A program made the translations under genes and the position numbers. A stretch of DNA of 63,678 nt, the filler included, from Intoshia linei (lineage: Eukaryota; Animalia; Orthonectida): NCBI GenBank assembly GCA_001642005.1. It is 6 parts of 6 records of this genome, joined end to end, with 100 filler letters (N's around TTAATTAATTAA, not from the genome) between each part and the next. Parts side by side here need not be neighbours in the genome. Positions count along the whole stretch, not along the records: positions 62,346 to 63,678 come from LWCA01002667.1; 5 more parts are not named here. The stretch is one strand, 5' to 3'. Each line of letters begins with the position of its first letter. Position 1 is the stretch's first letter. Shown piece after piece: positions 63,035 to 63,678 of the stretch. A model generated the notes under the pieces. It saw only the letters and a list, made by a program, of their open reading frames with translations, was not told where the DNA came from and did not search any database.

Positions 63035-63678
63035 GTAAATAAAACATGGATTTAAGTTAAATCCGTATATTTTAAATTTAAACTATATTTTATAATCCAC
63101 TTCAAATTTCAATATTTGTAAAACTTAAATTCCTGACTTGTAAACATATAAATATGTTGATAAATAAAGCCATCCATGTTAATAAGTGAAAGGAAATCAC
63201 TTAAGCATAGCTTGCCTACCGACATATCAAAATCACACGTGAAGAGTGGTTTAAATAATACAAAAATTATCAATGTCAATTAATGTAATACTTAATGCGT
63301 ACATTTTAGAGATAAGTTATAAATAATACGGATAAAATTAATACACCAAGGAGAAAAAAAATCAATGCATAACTCCTGCAGAAAATGCGAGTTCCATCGA
63401 TTAGTAAATATTTTTATTTGTATTACATCTACTAGCTATGTGTTTAGAATTTAAAAAGTATATTTAGTATAATATTATATACATTAACTAGGTCTAAATC
63501 ATTAACATCGCCTCTAAAATTTTGAATAATATATCGCTCACAGTAAATAATATATGACAATTTTCTTAAAAATATTATTTAAAATATAAAATTTTTTATA
63601 CAAATAGCTATAATTATCGTTTAACAAATCATGAACGCCGAATTGATAAAAAACCGATTCCAATGAGAAAACTGAATA

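Noticed and set aside
1-63678. Alternative genetic code or non-canonical splice dinucleotides
   Set aside because: All conserved genes reconstruct with the standard code and GT-AG introns.

Overview
AT-rich eukaryotic DNA from an animal: it carries an Nkx6 homeobox, an FRMPD-type FERM gene and an Erbin/Densin LRR gene. Gene packing is very compact and most GT-AG introns are tiny (32-45 nt). This fits a reduced parasite genome such as the orthonectid Intoshia, which is inference only. The window is six segments joined by artificial N44-TTAATTAATTAA-N44 spacers, so adjacency across gaps is not biological evidence. Manually spliced host genes are PYROXD1, a NUFIP1-like gene, dynein roadblock, Nkx6, an FRMPD-like gene, an Erbin/Densin-like LRR gene (partial), MNAT1 (partial), SOD2, a STAR/KH gene, CPSF2 (partial), METTL2 and five orphan genes. 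Non-coding space is dominated by a non-autonomous Helitron family (two 5' subtypes, about a dozen copies or fragments), hAT and pogo MITEs, a full-length decayed Tigger element, and piggyBac, Harbinger, Tc1, hAT and Gypsy remnants. The most notable observations are: 5' splice sites that almost lack the normally conserved +5 G; a PYROXD1 with His at the site of the human pathogenic Q372H change; convergent genes whose stops are about 3 bp apart; a shared upstream ATAAACTG motif and palindromic bidirectional promoter; a PDZ-less FRMPD with an 11-nt microexon; and 10-bp-phased A/T-tract repeats. No CRISPR, rRNA or tRNA genes were seen.
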